From an uncultured Ruminococcus sp. (GTDB taxonomy: Bacteria > Bacillota > Clostridia > Oscillospirales > Acutalibacteraceae), in the NCBI GenBank assembly GCA_902776185.1, contig CACYPH010000004.1, positions 6,982 to 70,981 of the forward strand: a stretch of 64,000 nt of DNA, in the 5' to 3' direction. Both the position numbers and the translations under genes were made by a program. Numbering within the stretch: position 1 is the stretch's first letter; each line of letters begins with the position of its first letter. Below, piece after piece: positions 36,954 to 47,261 of the stretch. Under the pieces are notes generated by a model. That model was not told the DNA's origin. It worked only from the letters and a program-made list of their open reading frames with translations, and ran no database searches.

Positions 36954-37958
36954 ATGAAAGCGCGTATTGCACAGCATAAAATGGAATTGATTTTTTTAGG
37001 GATATACACCCTGATCTTCCTCTTGCTGTCGCAGTTCGCGCTTTATTTGATGCCGCTGATCATCGCGCTGGTGATCGCGGTCGTCATGAAGCCGCTCTAT
37101 GACTATTTTATCCGTAAATTCAATTTTCAGTCCACCTTTGCCGCCACGGTCATCACGCTCTTTATCTTCGGTATCGTTTTTGCGGTCATCGGCTTTCTGC
37201 TCTATCTGATCCTGCGTCAGGCGCTGAGCTTATTTGACAGTTACAGCTATCTGCTCGACGATTTTTTGCATTCGGGGAATGCCTATGAGCAGCTTAGACT
37301 GGCGCTGATGTCCGGCAATCTGATGGGGACGGTCACCGATGTAGCAGCTGCACTCTTTCAGATGATACCGCTCGGGATCATCTTTGTCGTCATCACCTTT
37401 GCGCTGACGGTATTTTTACTGCATCATATGAGCGCGATCAAAGAGCAGATACTCATACGAATAGGGGACAGCCGCCGCGACACGGTCGCTAAGGTGTTTA
37501 CGGTCGGCTATACGCTCATCCGCAAATTTATCCGCTCCTATCTCATCCTTTACCTGATCACCTTTGTCGAAGCGGCGTTCATCTTCTATCTCACCGGCGT
37601 AGAATATCCCCTGCCGTTTGCATTTATCACCGCCGTCGCCGATATCCTGCCGATCCTCGGACCGGGCACGGTATTTATTCCTTTCGGGATCGTTTTTATT
37701 CTACAGGGGAATTATTTTGCAGGCGTCACCATTCTGGTTTTCTTTTTATTGACGGGCGTTCTGCGCCAGATCATGGAGCCGAAGATCGTGTCCGACAATG
37801 TCAAGATCCATCCGCTGATCGTGATGACCGGCATCTATCTTTCGATTGCTGCGATGAACCTCTGGCTGCTGTTCTATGTGCTGATCCTCTCGCTGCTCTA
37901 CAAGGTGCTGACGCTTGCGGGCGTATTCGGCGCGAGGGAAGCATCAACTTCTGAATAA
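36954..37958 (+). CDS. AI-2E family transporter / YtvI-like membrane protein
   Basis: Multiple TMs; DILPILGPG and RQIMEPKIV...IHPL motifs. Confidence 0.82.
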   Translation: MKARIAQHKMELIFLGIYTLIFLLLSQFALYLMPLIIALVIAVVMKPLYDYFIRKFNFQSTFAATVITLFIFGIVFAVIGFLLYLILRQALSLFDSYSYLLDDFLHSGNAYEQLRLALMSGNLMGTVTDVAAALFQMIPLGIIFVVITFALTVFLLHHMSAIKEQILIRIGDSRRDTVAKVFTVGYTLIRKFIRSYLILYLITFVEAAFIFYLTGVEYPLPFAFITAVADILPILGPGTVFIPFGIVFILQGNYFAGVTILVFFLLTGVLRQIMEPKIVSDNVKIHPLIVMTGIYLSIAAMNLWLLFYVLILSLLYKVLTLAGVFGAREASTSE

Positions 37959-38032
37959 CACTTGCTATTTTCCCAGAACATAGTATAATAATAGTATAAT
38001 AACCATATTATGTGCTTTTTTCGGAGGATACT

Positions 38033-39421
38033 ATGAAAGAAAGTATGCAGGAATTTTTCCAATCGATCAACGGCAAGCGGATCGCCCTCATCGGTATGGG
38101 ACGCAGTCATCTGCCGTTGATTTCATTGTTTACCAAATACGGTGCGGCGATCATCGCCTGTGATAAACGCGACCGTGACGCGCTCGGTGAAATCGCCGAT
38201 CAAGCGGAAGCCGACGGCGCGATACTCTCGCTCGGCGAGCATTACCTCGACGATCTCGACGTAGATATCGCCCTGCGCACCCCCGGTATGCGTTTTTACT
38301 GCGACGAGCTGAACGCCCTGCGCGATAAGGGCGTGGAGATCTCCTCTGAGATGGAGATCTTCTTTAGCGTCTGTCCCTGCCGCATCATCGGCATCACCGG
38401 CTCTGACGGCAAGACGACCACCACCACCGTTATCTCGGAAATGCTCAAAGCACAGGGTTATACCGTCCACCTCGGCGGCAATATCGGCAAGCCCCTGCTG
38501 CCGGAGATCGAGACCATCCGTCCCAATGATATCGCGGTCGTCGAGCTGAGTTCCTTCCAGCTCATTTCCATGCGCATGAGCCCCGATATCGCGGTTGTTA
38601 CCAACCTCCAGCCCAACCACCTCGATATCCACAAGGATATGCAGGAGTACATAGATTCCAAGAAGAACATTATTCTTTATCAGAATAATAACAATAAAGC
38701 TGTGCTGAATCTCGACAACGAGATCACCCGTTCCTTTGCCGCAGAATGTCAGGGAAAAGTCGACTTTTTCTCCCGTATTTCGACCGTCGAAAACGGCGCG
38801 TATCTCAGCGAAAACACGATCGTTTATGCCGAAAACGGCGAAAAAACCGAGGTGCTGGATATCCGTGATATCCGCATCCCCGGTATGCACAATGTCGAGA
38901 ATTATATGACCGCGATCAGCGCGGTATGGGGCGTCGTCAGCCTTGAGAATATCCGCAAAGTTGCGCGTGAATTCAGCGGCGTCGAGCACCGCGCGGAGTT
39001 TGTCCGCGAGCTTGACGGCGTGAAGTTCTACAACGATTCCATCGCATCCAGCCCGACCCGTACTGCCAGCGGCACGCTGTCGCTCTACGACTTCAAGATC
39101 ATCCTGATCGCGGGCGGCTACGATAAGCATCTCGACTATACCGAGCTGGGCGATATCATCTGCAAAAAGGTCAAGCTCGCGATCCTCATGGGCGCAACCG
39201 CCGACAAGATCGAAACCGCGATCAAAGCGTCCGAGAACTATGCGGAAAATAACCCCGCGATCATCCGTGTCGCGAACATGGATGAGGCGGTCGCGGCGGC
39301 AAGGGAGAATGCAGTCGCAGGCGATATCGTATCTATGTCGCCCGCTTCCGCTAGCTTCGATCTGTACAAGGATTTCGACGCGCGCGGCAAGCATTTCAAA
39401 GCGTTGGTCAACGCTTTATGA
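38033..39421 (+). CDS. murD: UDP-N-acetylmuramoyl-L-alanine--D-glutamate ligase
   Basis: GITGSDGKTTT, GGNIG, ELSSFQL, PNHLD, EHRAE, SPASASFD. Confidence 0.95.
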   Translation: MKESMQEFFQSINGKRIALIGMGRSHLPLISLFTKYGAAIIACDKRDRDALGEIADQAEADGAILSLGEHYLDDLDVDIALRTPGMRFYCDELNALRDKGVEISSEMEIFFSVCPCRIIGITGSDGKTTTTTVISEMLKAQGYTVHLGGNIGKPLLPEIETIRPNDIAVVELSSFQLISMRMSPDIAVVTNLQPNHLDIHKDMQEYIDSKKNIILYQNNNNKAVLNLDNEITRSFAAECQGKVDFFSRISTVENGAYLSENTIVYAENGEKTEVLDIRDIRIPGMHNVENYMTAISAVWGVVSLENIRKVAREFSGVEHRAEFVRELDGVKFYNDSIASSPTRTASGTLSLYDFKIILIAGGYDKHLDYTELGDIICKKVKLAILMGATADKIETAIKASENYAENNPAIIRVANMDEAVAAARENAVAGDIVSMSPASASFDLYKDFDARGKHFKALVNAL

Positions 39422-40170
39422 TCCGTCCCGCAAACGCCTCGGATTTCAACAAAATCACTGCCACAGACCCTTTCTTTACCCGCATCCTCTCGCTGTACGA
39501 AAGCTACGGCGAGGGGCTTGATTTTGTCGCGTTCTGGATGCAGGAGATCGACGGTAGAATCGCCGCCGCGATCTCGCGCTTTGAGGACAAGTTCAGCCTG
39601 TGGCTGACAGACGCTTCCGACCTTGAGGAGATCGCCGCATTCATCCGCTTTCAGGGCGCGGGGAGCTGTCTGTATAACGCCGCATATCCGCTGGATTTTC
39701 CGTCGGATTTGCCGACGGTCGGCGGCAAGATTTTGGAGTATATCGCAGAGGATTATATTTCTGATATAGAAATATATGAACCGAATTTCAAGGCGCTCTA
39801 TACGCTGCTTAAAGCCTGCGAAAGCCCGATATTTATCGTACCCGATTATCTGCTCTTTTTATCCGATGTGACCCATCGGAAAAACCGCGGAAAACTGCAC
39901 CTTTCTGCGACCGCTGTCAATGGCGATTTAGCGTCGTCGGTCATGACGGTTTCCGAGACTGCGCGCGCCGTGATCCTCGGTGCGATCGCGACCCACCCCG
40001 ACCATCGCCGCCGCGGATTATCCCGCGAGCTGGTGCGGTCGATCGCGACGCAGCTAAGGGGAGAGGGCAAGCAGGTTTTCGTCCTCAGCGCATCCGAGCA
40101 GAATACCGCATTTTATCAACGTTCCGGCTTTACGATCATAGCCGATTTCAAGGAGATTTTTCAAGCATGA
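39418..40170 (+). CDS. GNAT family N-acetyltransferase
   Basis: IATHPDHRRRGLS...FYQRSGF acetyl-CoA motif. Confidence 0.8.
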   Translation: MIRPANASDFNKITATDPFFTRILSLYESYGEGLDFVAFWMQEIDGRIAAAISRFEDKFSLWLTDASDLEEIAAFIRFQGAGSCLYNAAYPLDFPSDLPTVGGKILEYIAEDYISDIEIYEPNFKALYTLLKACESPIFIVPDYLLFLSDVTHRKNRGKLHLSATAVNGDLASSVMTVSETARAVILGAIATHPDHRRRGLSRELVRSIATQLRGEGKQVFVLSASEQNTAFYQRSGFTIIADFKEIFQA

Positions 40171-41420
40171 AACCGCTTTTTCAATTTGACGATAAGATTC
40201 AGCAGGCCGCCGATCAAGCGCTTGCACTCTGTGCCGACCACTTTGCCGAGATCGAGCGGATCAAGGAGTATAATCAGCAAAAGATGCTCAAGGCGTTCCA
40301 GCAATATCATGTCAGCGAGAGTATGTTCTGCGGCTCGACCGGCTACGGTTATGACGACCGCGGACGCGATACGCTCGATAAGATCTACGCCTATGTTTTC
40401 GACGCAGAGGATGCGCTCGCGCGCCATAATTTTATGAGCGGCACGCATACACTGACCGTCGCGCTCTTCGGGATGCTCCGTCCCGGCGACGAGATGCTCA
40501 GTGTCACCGGTACGCCCTACGATACCCTTCAGCCGGTGATCGGCATCACCGAATGTTGCGGTTCTCTCAAGGATTTCGGTGTAAAATACAGCGAGGTCGC
40601 ACTCAAAGCCGACGGTACTGTCGATCTTGAAAGCATCAAAAAGGCGGTCATCGAAAAACAGCCGAAGATGGTCTATATCCAGCGTTCCAAGGGTTATGCG
40701 ACCCGCCCGTCGCTGCGGAACAAGGAGATTAAAGAAATCTGTGACGTTGTCAAGCCTGTGTCTCCCGATACCATCATCATGCTCGACAACTGCTACGGCG
40801 AATTTACCGAATACGAATCACCGCTGACGCTCGGCGTGGATATCATGGCAGGCTCGATGATCAAGAATGCGGGCGGCGGCATCGCCCCGACGGGCGGCTA
40901 TATCGCAGGCCGCGCAGATCTTGTCGAGCTTTGCGCCTATCGCCTGAGCTCGCCGGGAACCGGCAGAGAGATCGGTTGTACCTTGAGCGTTCTGCGCGAG
41001 ATGTACATGGGCGCGTTCCACGCACCCTCTGTAACTGCAGAAGCGATCAAAACAGCGGTGTTTGCCTCTGCGCTGTTCGAGGTGCTCGGCTACGACGTCG
41101 AGCCGTCCTATCAGGCAAAACGCGGCGATATTATCGACGTTATCGTCCTCGGCTCGCCCGAGAAAATGTGCGCGTTCTGCCGCGGTATCCAGGCAGGCTC
41201 GCCGATTGACAGCTTTGTCACGCCCAATCCCGCACCGATGCCCGGCTATGACAGCGACGTCATCATGGCGGCGGGCGCGTTCACCCTCGGCTCTTCCATC
41301 GAGATGTCTGCTGACGGTCCGATCCGCGAACCCTATGCTGTTTACCTGCAGGGGGGACTGTCCTTCGCGACCGCAAAGGTTTCCGTCATGCTCGCCGCTC
41401 AGGAAGTCGAACGTGCATAG
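40167..41420 (+). CDS. Methionine gamma-lyase family PLP enzyme (YnbB / aluminium-resistance type)
   Basis: GYGYDDRGRD, SGTH, DNCYGEF, GSMIKNAGGG, ELSADGP-like EMSADGP. Confidence 0.9.
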   Translation: MKPLFQFDDKIQQAADQALALCADHFAEIERIKEYNQQKMLKAFQQYHVSESMFCGSTGYGYDDRGRDTLDKIYAYVFDAEDALARHNFMSGTHTLTVALFGMLRPGDEMLSVTGTPYDTLQPVIGITECCGSLKDFGVKYSEVALKADGTVDLESIKKAVIEKQPKMVYIQRSKGYATRPSLRNKEIKEICDVVKPVSPDTIIMLDNCYGEFTEYESPLTLGVDIMAGSMIKNAGGGIAPTGGYIAGRADLVELCAYRLSSPGTGREIGCTLSVLREMYMGAFHAPSVTAEAIKTAVFASALFEVLGYDVEPSYQAKRGDIIDVIVLGSPEKMCAFCRGIQAGSPIDSFVTPNPAPMPGYDSDVIMAAGAFTLGSSIEMSADGPIREPYAVYLQGGLSFATAKVSVMLAAQEVERA

Positions 41421-41495
41421 CATAATTGTATCTTCTAATGTAGGGGAGGGGCTTGCTCCTCCCGCCAAAAAAGGTGCCCGATCGGGCGCCTTTCA

Positions 41496-42281
41496 TTATG
41501 CTTTCTTTTTGAAAATATCCAGCGTATGATGAGAATACCCGACCATATCCCGTCTTTCACAGGTAGTCAAATGGTATTTCAGAAATAATTCATACGTATC
41601 TTTGTCCATTTCTGTCAGCCGTCCGCGCATATGATTTGCGTATCCGTCGGAGGCGACAAAGTGTAATTGTTCCACATCAAAAATTTCTCTCAGCCGATCG
41701 ATATCCTCTGAACGGTATAATTCAAAAATATCCCAAGGTTTGGAATAGGTTTCAAAGGTGTCTGTGTCGATCATGCACTTTTCGATGATATGATGTATTT
41801 CTCCGGCAATAAACCCGTAAGTCAACACGGTAGGGTCGCCCATACAGTAGGCGGCGAAGATCAAACCGTCGGTTTTTGCAACGCGGACCGCTTCACTCAG
41901 CGCTTTTATTTTGTCGTCATCTTCATACAAATGATACATCGGTCCGAGCAATAGGACGATATCATAAGTATCATCTGCAAAACCGCTCAAATCAACGGCA
42001 TTTCCCTGCGTGACAGTGATCGCCTCGTCGGGCTGAGTGTTTTGCTTGAATAATTCGATGTTGTGTTCCAATAGCTCTACGGCGTCGACCTGATACCCCA
42101 TCCGCGCCAGAGTATGGCTGTAACGCCCTGTTCCTGCGCCGATTTCCAAGATGCGCGCGCCGGAAAAGAGATACTTTTCAATATAGGTCATTGTGGTCAG
42201 ATACTCCACATAACCGTAGCGTGTCATCAATCGACCGTCTTCATCGTAATTATCGTAGAAATCTTTTAAGTAATCGCTCAT
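41496..42281 (-). CDS. Class I SAM-dependent methyltransferase
   Basis: ILEIGAGTGRY, DIVLLLGPMYHL. Confidence 0.85.
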   Translation of the reverse strand: MSDYLKDFYDNYDEDGRLMTRYGYVEYLTTMTYIEKYLFSGARILEIGAGTGRYSHTLARMGYQVDAVELLEHNIELFKQNTQPDEAITVTQGNAVDLSGFADDTYDIVLLLGPMYHLYEDDDKIKALSEAVRVAKTDGLIFAAYCMGDPTVLTYGFIAGEIHHIIEKCMIDTDTFETYSKPWDIFELYRSEDIDRLREIFDVEQLHFVASDGYANHMRGRLTEMDKDTYELFLKYHLTTCERRDMVGYSHHTLDIFKKKA

Positions 42282-42706
42282 TTTCTCAGCCTTTTAAAAA
42301 ACTCGCTCATCAGCGCGGCACATTTTTCTTCCATAACGCCGCCCTCGTATGCAGGATGGTAGCCGTTCTCTAATTGCAGGACGTTTGCCACCGATCCGCA
42401 ACAGCCGTTTTTGACGTCATATGCGCCAAAATAGACCTGCGGGATGCGCGCGTTGACGATCGCGCCCGCACACATCGGACACGGCTCTAAGGTCACGTAT
42501 AATTCGCATTCCCACAGCCGCCATCCGCCTAAGGCTTTGCAGGCGTTGTCGATCGCTTCGATCTCTGCATGATAGAGGGCGTTTTTGCCTTTTTCGCGGC
42601 GATTTCTGCCTGTGCCGACGATCTCGCCCTTTCTGACGACAACTGCGCCGACCGGCACCTCGCCGTCGTCGAACGCTTCCTTTGCCAGCGCGAGCGCCGC
42701 TTTCAT
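42278..42706 (-). CDS. tadA: tRNA adenosine(34) deaminase TadA
   Basis: EVPVGAV, HAE, VTLEPCPMC, ARI. Confidence 0.85.
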   Translation of the reverse strand: MKAALALAKEAFDDGEVPVGAVVVRKGEIVGTGRNRREKGKNALYHAEIEAIDNACKALGGWRLWECELYVTLEPCPMCAGAIVNARIPQVYFGAYDVKNGCCGSVANVLQLENGYHPAYEGGVMEEKCAALMSEFFKRLRK

Positions 42707-42716
42707 AAACTCCGTG

Positions 42717-43736
42717 TTAATACCCGATCACACCCCACGCGATAAGATATGGCTGCATCAGCTGATAGACGGCATACAGCAGCAATAATACGGCATAGCA
42801 GATCATGAACGGCGAGCTCGCAGTCGTTTTCAGCTTCTGCCGATAGGGGACGACGTCGTCCGCTCTGTTCAGGTGAAAGAACGCCTCGTCGCTGTTTGCA
42901 AATTTGCGGATGAATACCAGCGCGAACGCACCGGTGATGACGATGATCGCGCCGTAGCAGAGGTTGACCATCTCGATCGACAGCACCTGATACTCATACA
43001 ATAAGTCAAAGGTGACCGACAGTCCGTTATTGAGGAAATGGATGATGATCGACGGCAGCAGCGAATTGGTCTTAAGCACCATAAAGCCGAACACCAGTCC
43101 GCAGCAGAATGTAAAGGGGATCTGTACAAAGTTGCCGTGCATGAGGGCGAATGCCGCGGAGGATACTACCAGCGCAAGCGAGTCTGAGTACTTTCTCAGC
43201 GAGCCCATCACTACGCCGCGGAATGCGAATTCCTCCGTGAACGCCGGCATCACCGCAACGATCAGATAGTACAGCAGTATGTTCGGCAGTGTGCCGCCGA
43301 AAGAGATATCGCCGCCGGAGTTATCAAGCCCGAACAGTCCGAAGACCTCGGTCAGCAGATTCGGCGCAATATTGCACATCAGCGACAGCGCAATACCGAT
43401 GACGCAGAGCATAGAGAGCTTCTTTGCGCCGATTTTTTCAAAGGGAAACAGTGCGGACAGACTGCGCTTTTCCAGCAGGACATACAGTCCGCCCACCACA
43501 AAGAAGAGGATCACGGATAAAAGACCGTTGAACAGCATGATCGGGATATCACTGTCGCTGAAAAACGCGATAAATCCCGCTTGATCTGCTTGCTTCCAGA
43601 ATTCAAGCACCAGATCGACCGCCATCTCGATGACAAACATCGTCAGCAGCATCAGCCCAAGTCCGTTCGCGGCTTTTCTCAGATCCTTTGTATACAAAAA
43701 TTGTCGGTATTCTTTTTCGTTTTGAGAACGCAACAC
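42717..43736 (-). CDS. CPBP (CAAX/Abi) intramembrane protease
   Basis: EEFAFRG, FALMH, IIIHFLNN. Confidence 0.88.
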   Translation of the reverse strand: MLRSQNEKEYRQFLYTKDLRKAANGLGLMLLTMFVIEMAVDLVLEFWKQADQAGFIAFFSDSDIPIMLFNGLLSVILFFVVGGLYVLLEKRSLSALFPFEKIGAKKLSMLCVIGIALSLMCNIAPNLLTEVFGLFGLDNSGGDISFGGTLPNILLYYLIVAVMPAFTEEFAFRGVVMGSLRKYSDSLALVVSSAAFALMHGNFVQIPFTFCCGLVFGFMVLKTNSLLPSIIIHFLNNGLSVTFDLLYEYQVLSIEMVNLCYGAIIVITGAFALVFIRKFANSDEAFFHLNRADDVVPYRQKLKTTASSPFMICYAVLLLLYAVYQLMQPYLIAWGVIGY

Positions 43737-43799
43737 AGAATTTCTCCTAACATTTGATACGCTTTAACTATCATACCACAAAAAATTTGAAAATAATTC

Positions 43800-43828
43800 T
43801 TGACAATCAATATAAAAGATATTATACT
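43800..43828 (+). promoter_or_regulatory. infC operon promoter
   Basis: TTGACA-N17-TATACT. Confidence 0.75.
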
Positions 43829-43841
43829 ATACAGGACAACA

Positions 43842-43963
43842 AAGCAAAGCAGTAGCTTTCACCTGTGGGGTACCGTCTGCACGGGTCAATACTGAACGGT
43901 CAACTTGACCGTTACTATAGTATTGTTGCGCGGACGGAGCTATCTGTCCGTGTTTTTTGTTTT
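43842..43963 (+). promoter_or_regulatory. L20 ribosomal protein leader (putative attenuator)
   Basis: Upstream of infC-rpmI-rplT; aagc...gctttcacctg start, internal hairpin aacggtcaa/ttgaccgtt, terminator cggacggag..ctgtccg + T-tract. Confidence 0.7.
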
Positions 43964-43987
43964 ACCAAACTTTGGAGGTGCTTACAC

Positions 43988-44506
43988 ATCAGCAAACAGG
44001 AACTTCAGTTCAACGAGGATATTCGCGACAAAGAATTGCGAGTCATAGGACCTGACGGCGCTCAGCTCGGTATCATGTCATCGGCTGACGCACTGCGTAT
44101 CGCGGAAGAAAAGAATCTCGATCTCGTCAAGATCGCTCCCCAGGCGACCCCGCCTGTCTGCAAGATCATGGACTACAACAAGTACCGTTTCGAGCAGCAG
44201 AAGCGCGAGAAAGAGGCGCGTAAAAAACAGCATACCGTCGAAGTCAAGGAGATCAAGCTTTCCTTAAACATCGACACCCACGATTTTAACACCAAGCTGA
44301 AAAACGCTCAGAAATTCTTTGCCCACGGCGACAAAGTCAAGGTGTCCATTCGTTTTCGCGGTCGTGAGATGGGTCATTCCGAGTACGGCTACGATACCAT
44401 GAAGCGGTTTGCCGACGCCTGCGCAGAGGTTGCCAATATCGAGCGCCCCGCTAAGCTCGAGGGGCGTCAGATGCTTATGTTCATGGCGCCTAAGCCCACC
44501 AAATAA
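43988..44506 (+). CDS. infC: Translation initiation factor IF-3 (non-canonical ATC start)
   Basis: NEDIR..ELRVI, PPVCKIMDY, KVKVSIRFRGRE; GGAGGTG RBS followed by ATC at 43988. Confidence 0.95.
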   Translation: MSKQELQFNEDIRDKELRVIGPDGAQLGIMSSADALRIAEEKNLDLVKIAPQATPPVCKIMDYNKYRFEQQKREKEARKKQHTVEVKEIKLSLNIDTHDFNTKLKNAQKFFAHGDKVKVSIRFRGREMGHSEYGYDTMKRFADACAEVANIERPAKLEGRQMLMFMAPKPTK

Positions 44507-44536
44507 TCGATTCAGTCATTAAAGGAGGATTTTAAT

Positions 44537-44734
44537 ATGCCTAAGATCAAAACACACAGCGGAGCGAAGAAACGCTTCAAACTCACCAAGAACGGCAAAG
44601 TTATCCGCGCACACGCGTATAAGAGCCATATCCTGAACAAAAAGACCACCAAGCGAAAAAGAGGTCTCAGACAGACTACCGTTGCCGATAAGACTAACGT
44701 AGCTCAGGTCAAGCGTCTGATCCCTTACAAATAA
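44537..44734 (+). CDS. rpmI: 50S ribosomal protein L35
   Basis: [14 protein letters not shown]. Confidence 0.98.
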   Translation: MPKIKTHSGAKKRFKLTKNGKVIRAHAYKSHILNKKTTKRKRGLRQTTVADKTNVAQVKRLIPYK

Positions 44735-44768
44735 TTCGATAACTTTAACATTAACGGAGGTATAATAT

Positions 44769-45119
44769 ATGGCACGCATTAAAGGTGCGATGATGACTCG
44801 CAAAAGAAGAAAGAAAGTATTAAAGCTCGCTAAGGGCTATTACGGTGCAAAATCGAAGCATTTCAAGATGGCGAAACAGGCCGTCATGAAATCCGGCAAC
44901 TATGCCTATATCGGCCGCAAGCAGAAGAAGAGAGATTTCCGCAGACTGTGGATCACCCGTATCTCTGCCGCCTGCAAAGCCAACGGCACCAACTACTCCA
45001 CATTTATGAACGGTCTGAAGAAAGCTGATATCGCGCTCAACCGCAAGGTTCTGTCCGAGATCGCGATCTCCGATCCCGCTGCGTTCACCGCTCTTGTCGA
45101 GCAGGTCAAGAACGCTTAA
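44769..45119 (+). CDS. rplT: 50S ribosomal protein L20
   Basis: MARIKG...KLAKGYYG...RRLWITRI...[10 protein letters not shown]. Confidence 0.98.
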   Translation: MARIKGAMMTRKRRKKVLKLAKGYYGAKSKHFKMAKQAVMKSGNYAYIGRKQKKRDFRRLWITRISAACKANGTNYSTFMNGLKKADIALNRKVLSEIAISDPAAFTALVEQVKNA

Positions 45120-45171
45120 ATAAGCTATAACTGCGTTTGGGTTCACCCCCAAACGCTTTTATATTGTTACC

Positions 45172-45219
45172 GGCTCCCTTTGGTAAAGGGAGCTGTCGCC
45201 ATCGGCGACTGAGGAATTG
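45172..45219 (+). repeat. REP-like repeat, family A
   Basis: ggctccctttggtaaagggagctgtcgccatcggcgactgaggaattg. Confidence 0.85.
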
Positions 45220-45279
45220 CAGTATCAGGTGTGGGCAGCGCCCGCCAATAATTATTTATTAATCATCTAACCGAATACT

Positions 45280-46065
45280 ATGGAACTGATCACTTCAAAA
45301 GACAATAAACGTATCAAAACGATCAAAAAACTCATTTCGTCCGCGTCCTTCCGCCGTGAAGAGCATCTTTTCACCGCCGAGGGACTGCGCCTGTGCGACG
45401 ATGCGCTGAAAAGCGGCGTCGACGTCAATTCGGCGTATTTTTCCGAGGATTTTGCTCAGAAGCATCCCGATTTTGTCGAACGGACAAAGTCGGTCATACC
45501 GTCGTGCTTTTTGCTGAAAAACAGCATATTTAGTGTTCTTTGTGACACGAAAACACCACAGGGAGTGCTTTTTGTCATAAAAACACTTGACAAAACACCC
45601 GACTTTGATAAAATGAATAAGAATGGAAAAGTAGTCGCTCTGGATAATGTCCAGGATCCGACGAACCTCGGAACTATCCTTCGCTCAGCGGAGGCATTCG
45701 GCGTTGATCTGGTCGTTCTCAGCCGGGATTGCTGTGATATTTACGCGCCTAAGGTCATCCGCGGCTCGATGGGAGCGGTGTTCAGACAGCCGTTCCTGAT
45801 TGCCGACGATCTGCCTGCGTTCATCCGCAGCTTCAACGAGATCGGCACATCCTATGCGGCGGTGCTCGAGCGCGATTCAGCGCCGTTATCCGAGTGCGGC
45901 TTTTCCTCAGCGACCCTTTGCGCGGTCGGCAACGAGGGCAACGGTCTCTCCGATCCTGTCATCACCGCCTGTACGCGCAAGGTATATATCCCCATGAAGG
46001 GCGGCGCGGAATCTCTGAACGTTTCCGCCGCGGCTTCGATCCTGATCTGGGAAATGATAAAATGA
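45280..46065 (+). CDS. TrmH/SpoU family RNA methyltransferase
   Basis: QDPTNLGTILRSA, GNEGNG, AESLNVSAAA. Confidence 0.92.
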   Translation: MELITSKDNKRIKTIKKLISSASFRREEHLFTAEGLRLCDDALKSGVDVNSAYFSEDFAQKHPDFVERTKSVIPSCFLLKNSIFSVLCDTKTPQGVLFVIKTLDKTPDFDKMNKNGKVVALDNVQDPTNLGTILRSAEAFGVDLVVLSRDCCDIYAPKVIRGSMGAVFRQPFLIADDLPAFIRSFNEIGTSYAAVLERDSAPLSECGFSSATLCAVGNEGNGLSDPVITACTRKVYIPMKGGAESLNVSAAASILIWEMIK

Positions 46066-47171
46066 CCGATTCGGCAAAATACGATATCTGGCTGAGCCTG
46101 GCGCTGGGTTATTCGAGCCCCAAGCCAAAGGCGATACACGGATTGTATAATTCTATAAAGGAATTTTATGACGGCGGAGAAAATGAATGGCGGCTCTCGG
46201 GCGTACTGACCCAAAAGGACATTACGTCACTGTCGAATACGCCTATTTCAAAGGCTCTGGAGATCATCGCGCGCTGTGATTCGCTGGGGATTTCCGTGAT
46301 CGCGTTTGACGATGCGGAATATCCCGAGAAGCTCAGCGAGATCTATGACCCGCCTGCGGTGCTGTATGTCAAGGGCAAGCTGCCTGATTTTTCCACACAT
46401 CTGACCATCGCGATGGTCGGTACGCGCAAGGCGACCGTCTACGGCAAAATGGCGTCCCACCTGATCGCGGGATCTCTCGCAAAGGTCGGCGCGATCATCG
46501 TCAGCGGCGGCGCGGTCGGTATCGACAGCCTGTCGCATATCGGCGCGATGGAAGCCGGCGGAGTGACTGTCTGCGTCCTCGGATGCGGCATCAACTATCC
46601 GTATCTGATGGAGAACAAAAAGATGAGGGATGAGATCGCCTCGACAGGCGCGCTGATCTCTGCCTATCCGCCCGATTATCCGTCCGGCAAGTTCACCTTT
46701 CCCGAGCGCAACCGCATCATCTCCGGTCTGTCCGACGGCGTCGTCGTCATCGAAGCCGGCGTCAAAAGCGGCTCGCTGATCACCGCGCGCCTCGCGATGG
46801 AACAGGGCAGAGATGTATTTGCCGTTATGGGCAATATCACCTCTCCGTATTCACAGGGAACGAATGCACTGATCAAAGACGGCGCGATTCCCGTGACGGA
46901 TTTCACCGACATCACCTCGTATTATCCGCAGTTCAGTATCGTCGCAGAGCCTGACGATCCCGTCATTCCCGTGCCCGTTCACAAGAAGCACATCGGCGTA
47001 TCGGAGAACGCAAAGAAGGTATATGCGGTCATAACCGCCGAGCCGATTCATATAGATAGTATTACATCCGCGTCGGGACTGCCTGTCAACCGCGTTTTGC
47101 AGGCGATCACCGAGCTGGAGTTGGAAGGTCTGATCGCGTCCGAAAAGGGACGGATGTATAAAATTATATAG
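46062..47171 (+). CDS. dprA: DNA-processing protein DprA
   Basis: YPEKL..IYDPP, VGTR, VSGGAVGID, FPERNRIISGLS, SGSLITA. Confidence 0.93.
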   Translation: MTDSAKYDIWLSLALGYSSPKPKAIHGLYNSIKEFYDGGENEWRLSGVLTQKDITSLSNTPISKALEIIARCDSLGISVIAFDDAEYPEKLSEIYDPPAVLYVKGKLPDFSTHLTIAMVGTRKATVYGKMASHLIAGSLAKVGAIIVSGGAVGIDSLSHIGAMEAGGVTVCVLGCGINYPYLMENKKMRDEIASTGALISAYPPDYPSGKFTFPERNRIISGLSDGVVVIEAGVKSGSLITARLAMEQGRDVFAVMGNITSPYSQGTNALIKDGAIPVTDFTDITSYYPQFSIVAEPDDPVIPVPVHKKHIGVSENAKKVYAVITAEPIHIDSITSASGLPVNRVLQAITELELEGLIASEKGRMYKII

Positions 47172-47261
47172 TATATTAACATGGGAGGGAGTGACACAAG
47201 TGTCCGCTTCTCCCGAGAGCGCACTGCGCTCGATCATATAGATTATTTGGAGGACAAAAGA

